Below, in pieces: positions 1-11,200 of a DNA stretch of 64,000 nt. The notes beneath the pieces were generated by a model. It saw nothing but the letters and a program-made list of their open reading frames with translations, made no database searches and was not told the DNA's origin. The stretch is from contig VRVR01000025.1 of the NCBI GenBank assembly GCA_009859145.1, forward strand, positions 264,131-328,130, in the 5' to 3' direction. Source of the DNA: Andalucia godoyi And28 (Eukaryota > Protista > Jakobida). The position numbers and the translations under genes were made by a program. The stretch's first letter is position 1. Every line of letters begins with the position of its first letter.

Positions 1-1251
1 CTTCACACGAACGTGTTCCAGCAGCGACAAATAGTTGGTATGTGCAGCGACAGCTCTCCTCGCTGGATTGTTTGCAGAGAGGAACTGAAGAGGGACGATT
101 CCAAGCGAGTTGACAGGGATAGGAGTTCCTAGAAGAGTAGAGACCAAATTGGCCATATCGACCTGCCGCATGTCCTTTCTCAAAAAGTAGTCTGCACCGC
201 CCCACTTGGACTTGACCATTTCCACTTCCTCGTCCACACTCATAAACCCGGGGTCTGCAAGAATCTTGCCTTCCTCCGCAACCGGCGTGACGCCAGGGCC
301 CCAGACGACCACCGGGGTTCGCGTGGTCTCCGGCTCTCCAGCACCGTGCGACGACTTGTCCGTCATTCCATGATCCGCAGTAAACACAAACACTGTCTTC
401 TCATCTCCATAGTACGCATTCACCGTTTCGCTGAGGTTTTTGATCCGATTGTCGATGTTGCGGATTACTTCCATGTACGTGTTTGCTTGCGGATCTTGTG
501 CGTGCCCCGAAGTATCGGGCCCCATTAAGTGCAGGAAGAAAGCCGCCTTTGGTGTCTTCATTTTCCGTTCCATGTCTGCAGATTGGGGATTTGTGAACAG
601 ATTCATAACGCGGTCAAACACCCAGTTGTCGTACTTCGGAGCCCATTCTGAGAACTTGATGAAGTCTGAACCGAATGTTTCCGTGTAGACGTTCGGCAAA
701 AACTCGAAAATTCCAGCAACGTCATAATCACCAAACAAAAATCCGTACGACACATGATGGAAGATAGTATCTGCCCAGATTGGAGCCTCCTTCCACGCAG
801 TCACGACGGCCGACGGGTCCTCAAAGATGCCTGCAAACATGGATGTATGGCACGGCCTTGATTCTGTGGGCATTGCTGTGTGCTGAATTCCAAATGCTGC
901 CTTTCGATTCGTGTACAATGAGTGGAGGAACGGAGCCGGCGGGCTCCCACTAGGCGTCATCTCAAAGAACTTGTCTGCCCGCAGCCCATCTCCAACCATG
1001 AAGACCACACGCTCGGCAACATCTTTTCGATTCGGGGACAGCGGATCAGAGCCGTCGACAGTAGGCGGCACAGGAGGCACAACAGGCTTAATGCCGTGCT
1101 CAATCGGGGTCTTGAAGTACACATCAAACACAGATAGCACAAACAGCGAATGAATAATCGCGGAGACAATCACAATAATCAGAATCGGTGGAGGGCGCAG
1201 CGTGAACAGCCGCGTGAACAACTGCGGAACTACCCGATCAATCATGGACAT
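1..1251 (-). CDS. PIGN: GPI ethanolamine-phosphate transferase 1 (PIG-N/MCD4), 5' part; runs off the window edge
   Basis: Manual minus-strand translation from ATG 1251 gives MSMIDRVV...SAIIHSLFVLSVFDVYFKTPIEHG, PTESRPCHTSMFAGIFEDPSA and VFTADHGMTDKSSHGAGEPETTRTPVVVWG, matching PIG-N signature segments. It is missing from the ORF track because there is no stop inside the window. Confidence 0.93.
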   Translation of the reverse strand, partial: MSMIDRVVPQLFTRLFTLRPPPILIIVIVSAIIHSLFVLSVFDVYFKTPIEHGIKPVVPPVPPTVDGSDPLSPNRKDVAERVVFMVGDGLRADKFFEMTPSGSPPAPFLHSLYTNRKAAFGIQHTAMPTESRPCHTSMFAGIFEDPSAVVTAWKEAPIWADTIFHHVSYGFLFGDYDVAGIFEFLPNVYTETFGSDFIKFSEWAPKYDNWVFDRVMNLFTNPQSADMERKMKTPKAAFFLHLMGPDTSGHAQDPQANTYMEVIRNIDNRIKNLSETVNAYYGDEKTVFVFTADHGMTDKSSHGAGEPETTRTPVVVWGPGVTPVAEEGKILADPGFMSVDEEVEMVKSKWGGADYFLRKDMRQVDMANLVSTLLGTPIPVNSLGIVPLQFLSANNPARRAVAAHTNYLSLLEHVRVK

Positions 1252-1507
1252 CCAGCCTCTATGATTCTCCTCTGTTTCTAATCTATTTAACAAAAAAATG
1301 AAAAATATAAAAGATAAAAAAATATGAAAAAAACAAAACAAAACACATAGAACAATAGGACTTGAAAGGAAAAAGAGAGGCGAAACAGCCGAGAGAATTT
1401 GTTTTTTGTATCGTGGTGTTATGATAGAGCCGTCTGTTGTAAAAAAGAACACAAACAGCCGCGTTCAATCCGATCAGCGCCTGCAAGGTGCACTAACCAC
1501 GGATAAT

Positions 1508-1625
1508 CATCGCTGATCACCCATAATCAATGTTGCAACCCAACAACATGCACAGCATGATCGGGAAGGGGGTAGGCCCCAACACGCCCCTCGGCATGAG
1601 CGACGTTCTCAAGATAGATGTTGCG
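1508..1625. other. Conserved non-coding element, copy 1 (paralog at 23243-23351)
   Basis: Ordered blocks CATCGC-N10-TAATCARTGTTGCAACCC, CATG..CATG, GGGGTAGGCCCC and GTTCTYAAGATARATGTT are shared with 23243-23351. Confidence 0.75.
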
Positions 1626-2004
1626 TTGCATGGACAATAAAAATAAAAATAAGAAATGAGCGTCGCTGTGCGAGAATGCAACGCGGCGGCGTGTTTATAT
1701 AGGGATTTCATGATCAAAATGGGGGCGAAACGAATCGGGCATCGTGTGGACGGAGTTGTCAAGATAACAAACGCATGCGGCATGGCGCGTGGCAGTGTTT
1801 TTGTTTTTACGTGTGCTTTAGACTGCTTCATCATATCGCAATATCACAAGAACAGGTATTTTGCCGGTTTTTCGCTTTTCATTTCTCTCTTCTTTCTCCT
1901 GCTTTTTAATCTTACAAATAAATAAATAACGAGATAAATGGATACAGTTTCGAGCACGAAACAATAATTACAGCTCAAATTGCTTGCCTGGAGAGTGGCT
2001 AGCG

Positions 2005-3856
2005 TTAGATTTGGGCAAATCGTCGGCTTGCTGCTTGGATAGATGACAGCAGCCCTGTGGGCGGTATTCCAACCGTGCCTGCTGCCTCTGCAGGCGGGTG
2101 TTGCCGTTTCTGTGCTTTCGCCTTTTTCTCGGCTCTACGTTGATTTTCGTCTGCAACTTTATTTCGCAGGAAAGCAACCGCTTCCTGAGCAGTCAGACAG
2201 AAACTTGACGTCTTTCCTCGAGGCTTTTCAATGCCTTGCTTGCATTCGCTGACAAGACTCTTCTTTGACGGGTGCGCTGCTGCCTCTGTTTCTGTACGAC
2301 TACTGCGGCTCTTTTGCGGCCTTCTGCATCGTCATCATCATTGTCATCGTCGTCGTCGTCATCATCATCAACTGCATCATCAATCTCGGGCCGCTCTGAT
2401 GCGATACTGGACGAATGCGGTCGTGTATGATTGCATCCGCTGTCCCAAAACCGCATTTCAACAGCTTGTTGTGTGACTTGCTCTGCTTTCACAAACTCTG
2501 CTTCAAACGTGTTCTTCCGAAGCGGGAACAGCCCCGTGACTTGAAACGCACGCTCGACATGCATAGGAGAGATGTTCTTCCACGCCTTCATCAGGCATTG
2601 CGTGTTGACATCGTCTTCCTTCGTTAGACGGAACACCGAACCGTCCTGCAGCAACACATGTTTCCCGTTCTCAATCCCGTGCTCTCCCATTTTCTGCTTC
2701 TCATACCGGAACGCGCTCTTGACGATCTTGTAGCACTCGACATCCAAAGGCTGCATTTTGTGGGTGCAGTGCGGAGGAAACGTGACCAACTCCCAGTTGT
2801 TTGCGCAGCACCATTCTACAGCTTCGATCGTTGTATGGCTGCTGTGTCCGTCCACAGCCAGTACGATTTTTGCGTAGCGACGCTTAGCGGGCAACTGGGA
2901 TTTGAGGTCCTCCAAGAACTCCACAAAGAGAGTGGAGCCTATCCATCCTTTCTCGCTTCGAGGGATTTTCAGTTCCGGATCCTTCTTCAAGAGCACCTTC
3001 TGCATGTAGTCCCAACGACGGTCCTGTGTTTGAATACACCATCATTGGACGAAATGCTTTCCCATCTGCCGAGATGGCATTGATCATTGTCACGTGGTTT
3101 CTCTCCGAGTTGATGGCCATCTGCACTCTCCTTGTGCCTTTGGGAGCGAGAACACGCAACTTGGACTCTTGATCGCCTTGGACACCTGTCTCGTCCATGT
3201 TTACCACTCGCCACGCATCTTCCTGACTCGTGATTCCTGCTCGCGCATACGCGGTTTGCAGATCCCCGAAGAATTTATCGACGTTCTCCTTGTTGAATGA
3301 GTACTCACGGGATCGTTCGAGTGTTGAGGGCAGGCGGAGGACGAGAGACGACAAGCCCTGCTTTTCCATCCGCCGATTGAACGCAGGAAGCCAGTGCTTC
3401 GACAGCATTTGGACAAAAGCCTGCTTCAGGAGGGGCATATTCCTCTGCACTCTGTACACTACATAGTGATACAGCCGCTTCTCTCCGTCCGGGCACAGCG
3501 CAGCAGGTCGTCCTGCTTTCCTCAAGAAGGAAACGACTTCTTCGAGGTGATTCATGTCGGTGAACTGGTACAGCGCTCCCGGAATCTTCGAACGTCGTCT
3601 TTCCTCTTCTGTTGGCACGACAGGATGAAAGGCTTGAGGCTGCCTACCTTGCGTTTCCATAAACGCACTTCGTGCACAGTCGTTTAGCTCAACAAGAACC
3701 ACGTCGTAACAGATGCCAACGCATTTGCGCACGGTTCGTTCAGGAGATTGCAGATCTTTGTACTTGACACCGTTAATGATACGCGCAAGGACGTCTTTCG
3801 TGAGCTGCGCGTCCGAATTCGCTGTTCTTCCGGTAGAGGATCGTTTTTTTGACCAT
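2005..3856 (-). mobile_element. pogo/Fot1-like (DDE_1, DD35D) transposase pseudogene with three single-base frameshifts
   Basis: Motifs NMDETG, LAVDGHSSH and PPHCTHKMQPLD, with 35 residues between the 2nd and 3rd Asp. CENP-B-type HTH-like segment GRPAALCPDGEKRLYHYVV. Likely ATG at 3856 (MVKKRS). Frameshifts at T7 3844-3850, CCC 3011-3013 and ~2195, after which a LTAQEAVAFLRNK tail runs to TAA at 2005. Confidence 0.9.
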
Positions 3857-4230
3857 TCTGATTGGTTTTGATGAAAAACGAACGTAAGAAAGAAGAAAGC
3901 GCGCCAAGACATTTTCAGCAAAAAAAAAAAACCGGCAAGAATACCTGCTCTTACGGTTAGTGGCAATGGCCGGAGATTTTCTTTTTTTATTTGTATGATT
4001 TGATTTTGATTGGCGGAAGACCGAGTCGGGAGCATCGGGAACGAAAAAGGAAAATTGACTTGTTTTTCTTCCCCCATTAATTCGATACCGTTCTGCTTTT
4101 GGGAAAGAGCTTTTCTTTCAGTTATTCAGGATCGATATCTACACTCGAGTGAATAAAGAGAGGGTGGTGGGTGTTGTTTTTTGTTTGTTGTTGTTGATTA
4201 AAAAAAAGGAAGGAAGAATAGGAAAGAAAG

Positions 4231-5055
4231 ATGGCGCCTCCTACAGTGTTAACATATGACGGATCTCGTGAGCAGGCGTCGTTTCGCAACTATGATGACA
4301 AGCATTGTCGTGAGACGGTGCGTGCGTTTTACTATGAGCAGCATGTGAAGCAGACGTATGATTATGTGCTGCATCAGAAGAACAACTTTTTGAAACGTGA
4401 TCGCAAGCGAATGACCGTTTGGGAAGCACTGGAGTTTCTCGATACGCTGGTGGATGACAGTGACCCTGATACAGATCTCTCGCAAATTCAACACTGTTTG
4501 CAGACTGCAGAGGCGATTCGCAACGACGGACAGCCGCGCTGGATGATTCTTACGGGACTGATCCATGACCTTGGGAAAATCTTGTGCTTGTTTGGAGAGC
4601 CGCAGTGGGCTGTTGTTGGCGACACGTTCCCTGTGGGGTGTCCTCACGACTCGCGCAATGTGTTCCACGAGTTCTTCTGCGACAATCCAGATTCGAATGA
4701 CGGTAGGTTCAATCAGAACGGCAGACTTGGGGTGTATGAAGAAGAGTGCGGGCTGGAGAACGTCCACATGTCGTGGGGCCACGATGAGTACATGTACCAC
4801 ATTGCCAAGAACAGCAGCAGTCTTCCCGAGCCTGCACTGTACATGATCCGATACCACTCGTTCTATCCGTGGCATCGCGAGCATGCGTATGACTATCTTT
4901 GCAACGAGAAGGACAGGCAGATGCTTGAGTGGGTCAGGAAGTTCAATCCGTACGATCTCTACACGAAGGGCCTTTCCAAACCGGATGTCGAGGAGCTCAA
5001 GCCATTCTACCTCGATCTCATCAACGAGTTTATCCCGGGTACCATCAACTGGTAA
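4231..5055 (+). CDS. MIOX: myo-inositol oxygenase
   Basis: Motifs FRNY, LVDDSDPDTDLSQIQHCLQTAEAIR, GLIHDLGK, WAVVGDTFPVGC, SWGHDEY, IRYHSFYPWH, FNPYDLYTK and a C-terminal W. Confidence 0.97.
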   Translation: MAPPTVLTYDGSREQASFRNYDDKHCRETVRAFYYEQHVKQTYDYVLHQKNNFLKRDRKRMTVWEALEFLDTLVDDSDPDTDLSQIQHCLQTAEAIRNDGQPRWMILTGLIHDLGKILCLFGEPQWAVVGDTFPVGCPHDSRNVFHEFFCDNPDSNDGRFNQNGRLGVYEEECGLENVHMSWGHDEYMYHIAKNSSSLPEPALYMIRYHSFYPWHREHAYDYLCNEKDRQMLEWVRKFNPYDLYTKGLSKPDVEELKPFYLDLINEFIPGTINW

Positions 5056-5120
5056 AGACCGTCAGTTCTAACCTACGTGTTTTCCGTCGACTCTTGTTGT
5101 TATTTTAAGAATTATTGTAA

Positions 5121-5194
5121 ATTCTCATTCTCATTCTCATTGTCATTGTCTCATTCTCATTCTCATTCTCATTCTTATTGTCTCATTCTCATTC
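5121..5194. repeat. Imperfect (ATTCTC)n hexamer microsatellite
   Basis: About 12 imperfect units are directly visible downstream of MIOX. Confidence 0.85.
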
Positions 5195-5580
5195 TAATTG
5201 TCTCAGCCTCCTGTCTTCTCAAAGCCTGCGAGACATGCACTGCATCAGTACAAATTGGTGCTGATCGGTACAGATTGCAGTGTTGCAAGACAATTGATCC
5301 TACGGAAATCAGTTGTCTACGGGACAGGGCCCCAGCACATACAGGTGCATGCGCATCGTGTTCTTCAAAATAGATATTGCTTGGTCCATGCCAATCGCGT
5401 TCCATCACCGCTGCTCACGCTGGACATCGGAACACCTTGCGCCTTCCCAGTTTCCTATGGGATGATCCCACGCACTCCCATTCTCCAACATGTCTTTGAC
5501 GCGTATTTCGTGCCTGCGTCCCAGTGGGGGGTGGCAAAAACGTTGGCAGTTTTCGCATTTGGCGGGCGTCGACTGTCCAA

Positions 5581-5609
5581 GGGGGGGGGGGGGGGGGGGA
5601 GGGAAGGGG
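5581..5609 (+). repeat. G19 homopolymer plus GGG/GGGG runs (G-quadruplex-capable tract)
   Basis: 19 consecutive G followed by AGGGAAGGGG. Confidence 0.85.
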
Positions 5610-6310
5610 AAGCGGTATTTTGATGGGCGTGTTGACGCTGCCGTGCTCCAGCACAAAGGGTTTCCGTGTCGAGAAAGCAGTGGAGCATGAAAATGCATCG
5701 TTGCGACCTTGCCTTTTCTGGGAATTTTCCATAAAAGTTTAAGGTTGTCAAATCAAAGCATTAGGATTCTGATTCAGGTCGACAGCTCGGGTTGCACATG
5801 CATACGAGCAGAGCTGCATGCAAGCAGACGCGGGCTCTACTAGCAAGAGTTACCGATTGCTTGTACGTGCTCCGTTTGGAACTTGAGCTTCGTGCCTGCT
5901 GACCTCCACATTGACGAGGGCTTCTCGATTTGCCTGTTCGCGTGAACCTTCGACACGACATGTTGCGAGACGTCAAGTCTTCTTTGTTGTTGAAAGAGGA
6001 AGGTGGTATTCTCCCTCCTGTGGCTGTTCTTGACATAAACTAGAGGGTCAGAAGTCTGTACGGCGTGCGTGCCGAATTCATTTTTTCTCCCTTGCTGGCT
6101 TCCCTTCCCTACCAAATCTCTGATTCCAAGATGTTCTTCATGCTGCTGTTTCTCTCCTTCACTGCAGATATTCTTTCTTTTCTTTCTTCTTTGTTTCTCT
6201 CCTTTCCTTTGTTTTCTCTCTCCCTTTCTTTCGTTCGTTCGTTCGTTCACTTTTCTTCTCTCTTCTCAACATTTCCTTTCTTCAACCGAACCATCGCAAA
6301 CGCCCGATCC

Positions 6311-7969
6311 ATGTCAAGTCAGGGTTCTGTTCAGAATTGGCTGACGTTCCCAGAGCCGAGTGGCCGACGGGGGAGTGCCTCTGCGTCGAACTCCAAGCGG
6401 CCGTCTCTTTCCTGTTTCTTCTCGCTGCCTCGAGACAGCATGTCCATTCCGCGGGGTAGTTTTAAGATGATGAGCTCGTTGGATATTCCTTCCAATATCG
6501 GGGTTTACTCCGATGAGTGCTATTCGAGTGCGAGCGGCCATCAGACGGTGTGCCTCTCTGGGCAGGTTGTCACCATCCCTTGCGATCAAGTGACGTTTGA
6601 CAAGATCGTCGCGGATTCCGAGCCCCGTTTCGACACGTCGACGTTCCTCGATTCAAGAGACACCCCGCAGACCACATCGACGCATGCGTCGTCTTCTTAC
6701 ATGACCATGATACCGGATGCTCCCATTGTGCCCTCTGCTATCGCCGACATGCCCAACATGACCCTCGAGATGAGCGTGCCTCAGATGCGCATGAATCATC
6801 AGCAATCCTATCATATCCCGACGGCTACCGACGAGTCGCTCGGTACATACACGCCCGACTCTCGGCGCTATGAGAAGCGGCCTGCCAACACCAACTCCAC
6901 AAACTACTCGAAGCGAGGACTGACCAACCGATATTCGTCAGATGACACACGTGCCGGGAGTGACGATGAGACGGGCACCTGTGGCAGTTCCGAAATGCCG
7001 TCTGTCAATGTCGATGCGATCTTTTCAAACGCCAACCGAGATTCGTGCGCAGGAGATGTCCTTGCAGGGCAGCATCATCGATCATTGGCAGAATACGGTT
7101 CGTGTCACGAAGCGCAGAAGCCACAGTTGGGGATGACGATATCGGGAATTCGAATCAATCAACTCCTGAATGCGGATCAGCAGAAGTGGACGCAGGCAGA
7201 GATGCCGAACGTCAAGCGCGTCACAATTCTGTCAAAGACTGGCCGGACGCAATATCACCCGTGGAAAGGCAGTGATCTTGAAGACCCAGAGGATGTTGAG
7301 TGGTACAAAACTTCTGTTTACACGTTGTGCATGAGAATCGAGTTGAACGAGGAGCTTGCGTTAGAGGAATTTGAAACAGAGGTTCATCTGCATACCGACT
7401 CGGATTTGAAGGTCGTGGATGCGGGACTGAAGTTCCACAAATGCGGACCGTATAGAATTGGACGTCGATCTCAAGCAATGTATCAGGGTGAAATCGGCCC
7501 ATTCTCCCCCATCGTGTTCTCCTTCAATCACAATGGCGAGCAAGCGCGTTTTCGCATTTCCATTACGATCAAGAATCTGCGAACTGGGGATGAATGCATT
7601 GTTGTCTCTCCGTCTTTCATTATCAAATCGAAGAAGCCAAAGAAGCCAGCTTCCTACGGAAACTCTCCGATGAAGGATTCGCGGTCCGCGAGCAACATGA
7701 CAGCACCTAGTGGTATGGAACGGAAACGATCCAACTCTCCCTCTCCGTCGGACGTGGATGAGATCGAAGGAAGAGCGTACAAGCGACAGTTCTTGCAGCT
7801 TGTCCAGTCCGGCGCACTCAGCACCATTGTTCAGAACTCTTCTTCTGTCGATGAGTTGGTCTTGATGCAGCGCGTAGTTCAGGCTGCGCAACTCGTCCAG
7901 CAGATGGGCTTGGTTCCACAGCAGTCTCATCAGAATACCATTCCTTCTCGATTCCCGTCGCAACCGTGA
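6311..7969 (+). CDS. Putative transcription factor with a CudA-like/Ig-fold DNA-binding domain (paralog of 14828-16849)
   Basis: Long ORF with a low-complexity S/T-rich N-terminus. A ~140-aa domain (SKTGRT...WYKTSVYTLCMRIEL...GLKFHK.GPYRI.RRS...FSF.HNGE..RFR...SP.F.IKSKKPK) is shared with the paralog and followed by a basic NLS-like stretch. The CudA-like assignment is from remembered motif resemblance. ATG 6311 is preferred over the CT-rich in-frame extension. Confidence 0.6.
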   Translation: MSSQGSVQNWLTFPEPSGRRGSASASNSKRPSLSCFFSLPRDSMSIPRGSFKMMSSLDIPSNIGVYSDECYSSASGHQTVCLSGQVVTIPCDQVTFDKIVADSEPRFDTSTFLDSRDTPQTTSTHASSSYMTMIPDAPIVPSAIADMPNMTLEMSVPQMRMNHQQSYHIPTATDESLGTYTPDSRRYEKRPANTNSTNYSKRGLTNRYSSDDTRAGSDDETGTCGSSEMPSVNVDAIFSNANRDSCAGDVLAGQHHRSLAEYGSCHEAQKPQLGMTISGIRINQLLNADQQKWTQAEMPNVKRVTILSKTGRTQYHPWKGSDLEDPEDVEWYKTSVYTLCMRIELNEELALEEFETEVHLHTDSDLKVVDAGLKFHKCGPYRIGRRSQAMYQGEIGPFSPIVFSFNHNGEQARFRISITIKNLRTGDECIVVSPSFIIKSKKPKKPASYGNSPMKDSRSASNMTAPSGMERKRSNSPSPSDVDEIEGRAYKRQFLQLVQSGALSTIVQNSSSVDELVLMQRVVQAAQLVQQMGLVPQQSHQNTIPSRFPSQP

Positions 7970-8201
7970 GCAGCGACTGCCAGTTTTTCGGACGAATGGT
8001 TCACGTTTTCTATTTGTACACAATATTATGTATTTGGTGCGCACGCTCATCTTTCCTGTGAATCTTGTCCTCCCTGCAACCTTAACTTTCGTCCAATAAT
8101 AAATGCGACTGTTTACATATATATACGATTTTTCTTGGAGTCCTTTGTGTAGCCTTTTCCTTTTTGTCATGGGGGTTTGGTGGTGTGTGTACTTAGGGCA
8201 A

Positions 8202-11200
8202 TCACGGAGAAGTGGCCGTGCCCATGTGTACAGGAAACCCTCGAGGGCTCAGGCAATGTAAAGGCAGCCCAAAACAATCGCACGCGATGTCATCCAGACA
8301 CGCACCATCGGCGATCGCCAGTGGCACCCGCAGAATTGTGCACTCTGCAAGATCGGCACTGTCATTCTTCTCACGCAACTCGTGGACAAGATCCTTGATG
8401 AGATCGACGTTCGATGTTGCACTCTGGCTCTGCGACCAACCACACAAGAAAGACTGTGATCGTGCAAGTAGCGAGACGAGACGGAGGTCATGCTTCTTCG
8501 CACAATCCAGCGCATGGTTGATGCATGCTTCCGCTGAGTATGAGACCTCTCCACGTACCAACGGCGCCCCAGAATGAACGACAACTCGATAACAAGTCAG
8601 CCAAAGCCAAGGCTCCCATATCGAAGGACGACTCTGGAATTGAGAAAGCAGCGCGGAACATAAGCTCCCGGCCTTCTGTAGCTTCTTCAGATTGCGACAG
8701 CGAATGAAAGCATCAATCTGCAACAGACGAAGCATGGCGGACACCCGGTCATTTTCAGCGAGAACATCAATGTGCAGCAGCATTTCCGAGAAACACTCGG
8801 ACGACGCTCGCTTGAAGTCCTCTGCATCGAATCCTGAACCACTCGACACTGATACAAGCCGTGCATAACTGAAGATCAGGTCAATTTCCGACAGTATTAA
8901 TCCAGCCCACTTGGCGGTTGCAAAATCGACGAAAGGACGGATCAGTTCTACTTCGGCAACATATTCAAGGACAAGCGGGACGTTCTGTTCCAAAACAATC
9001 GTCGAAAGGATCATCAGGACTCGCTGCAACAGATGAACAGGACCATGCTCCAGCACTGGAACATTCTCACACGACCCAAGCAAGTTCCGCGAATGCGTAA
9101 TATCGCCGGTAAGCCACGACGTCAGGGCACCGATCGAGGCCGTGCACACGACAGGATTGTGGCAACCGTAATGTCCACCCGATCGCAAAAGATGCATCTG
9201 GTCATGCGTATACAGGTACAAAACAGAATCAACGTACCCCGAAATTCGGCGAAGATCTACCGTTTCCAAGGCACCATGAACCATCATATGGCACAGTTGA
9301 GCATTGACCACAACATTGGTCGAAAACTGCATGCAACTGGTCTGCAACGTCGACAGCAAGGCGGCCAAGTTGTCGCTCTGGTGCCGATCTGTAAGAATGA
9401 AAAACTTGACGGAGGCAATTCGATAGAACAACAGGTCATCGTAGGCATCTGGCTTGATACGCAAGGCTCTATCGCACATGTCCAGCAGCCTTTCTTGTTC
9501 CGCAGCGGTAAATGACGATTTCTTGGCGGAAAGGAAAATCATTTCCGCCAACGCTCGAAATTCATCATTGACCAGCGGCGCTTCCGCCCGTGTTCGCATA
9601 AGATTGATATACCAGAAGATGCGGCGACATGTAGCGGTTCGCTTCGCCGTCCGATAGAGAGGAAGTTCATCCAATAGCATGAATTCTTGTTTCATGGCGT
9701 TCGTTGCCATTACCGCCACACGTTCCGCGGAAACAAGATTGGATTCCACATTCACCTTCAGCTGCGAGTACAAATGAATCGCATGCAACTCATAAATCTG
9801 CATGCGAGAAAACGGATAAGGCAGTCGCTTCGCAAACCCTTGAAAACGCCTAATTGGGGTTGTGGGCAGCAGAGGTGAAAACTGGAAATCATCCTCACCG
9901 TCCTCACTGTCCTCTCCGTCGTCCCCGGTGCTGGATCGCTTTCGCACGCCGGGATGGTTGGTAGACATCCTTCTGTTGCGTCCTCGGCTCTGCGTTGACG
10001 ATTTTACAGGGGCCTCGACGTCGTGGATTGCAAATTCAGCCAGTTCCAATGGAATAGAAAAGGACGGCAGACGTCGCGTGGACAAGTGAAGAAGCGCCTT
10101 CTGGGCCAAGTTCGCAATGCGACCGTGGATCTCAGCCTTCTCGGAAGCCGGGGTAATTTCATAAATGGCATTCGCAATCCGTCGAGACGCAATGGTGTAC
10201 ACCTCCTCTGGAACTTGCTGAGGCTCAGCAGACGAAAACTCATCACTGGACATGGATCGAACCACTCGAAGAACACACAGCGAGTCCAAAACGCGATCGA
10301 AGTGTGCTTCTGTATTCTGTTGTGCAATAAAGAGTCGACGCAAGAAAGACTGCGGACATTCTCTGGCAAACTGGTTGAACGCAGCAAGGATCTTCAATAA
10401 ATCCATCCCTTGCACATCGACAAGCGTTGGAAGTAACACCATCACAAACAGTTGCAGCTGATCGGATTTCGCCGAAAAACGGTCTAGCAGGGCCTCGATA
10501 TCTGCCACGGGTTCCGTAGACGAAAAGTCGACTTCACGGACACCTGTGCAGCCCACGATGCGGTTCTTGACAAGATGGTGAATGACGTACGACAAGTTGG
10601 CGTTCGTGGATATCTTTGACGAAAGAAGGTGGATGACTCGTTCCGCGACCGAGACAGCAAGAGGAAAGTACGAAGCAAACACGGCCCGAACTTCCTCCGC
10701 AGAAACACAATCAGCAGGAATCGCAGAAATATGCGGGGCAATGTCGCTTGCAAAGAGCTTCTCCGACTTTGGGCTGGACGAAGAACCACACCCGTCGACG
10801 CATACTCGAATCTCCTTCTGCAATGACTGCAGATCCTCCGGATCTTGATAAGACATGACAATCAAAAATCTCTCAGGAGGAAACTGAAGGAGCGGAATAA
10901 GAATCTCCCTTGTAAGGTGGTCCATTTTGTGAACATTCGTCACCGTCAAGAGAATGGGAGAATACGGACTGGACAGTGCAAATGCACGTATGAGTTTCAG
11001 CAGCATGTTTCCGCACCTTCTCATTTTCGAAACGTCATCGAACCTCCGGCTGCTCGGAGTGGTTTTGAACATGAAAAAGCTGTGTATGATTGGATTGAGA
11101 AATTCTAGTAGCTCTCTATCTTCCGCATCGAAGACATCCCACAAATATTGGACAAGCGATGCGGCATCTCCCAGAGTATCGTTCGGAATGAACAAGCGAA

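Noticed and set aside
1508-1625. Identification of the repeated element as a SECIS, U snRNA, box C/D snoRNA or RFX X-box
   Set aside because: There is no upstream selenoprotein, no Sm site or U1/U2/U5/U6 signature, no properly placed C and D boxes, and GTTGCAAC lacks X-box spacing.
1943-4150. TA|CAGTTTCGAGCAC at 1943-1957 as a pogo terminal inverted repeat
   Set aside because: It has the right form and position, but no convincing reverse-complement partner exists upstream of the transposase (3860-4230).
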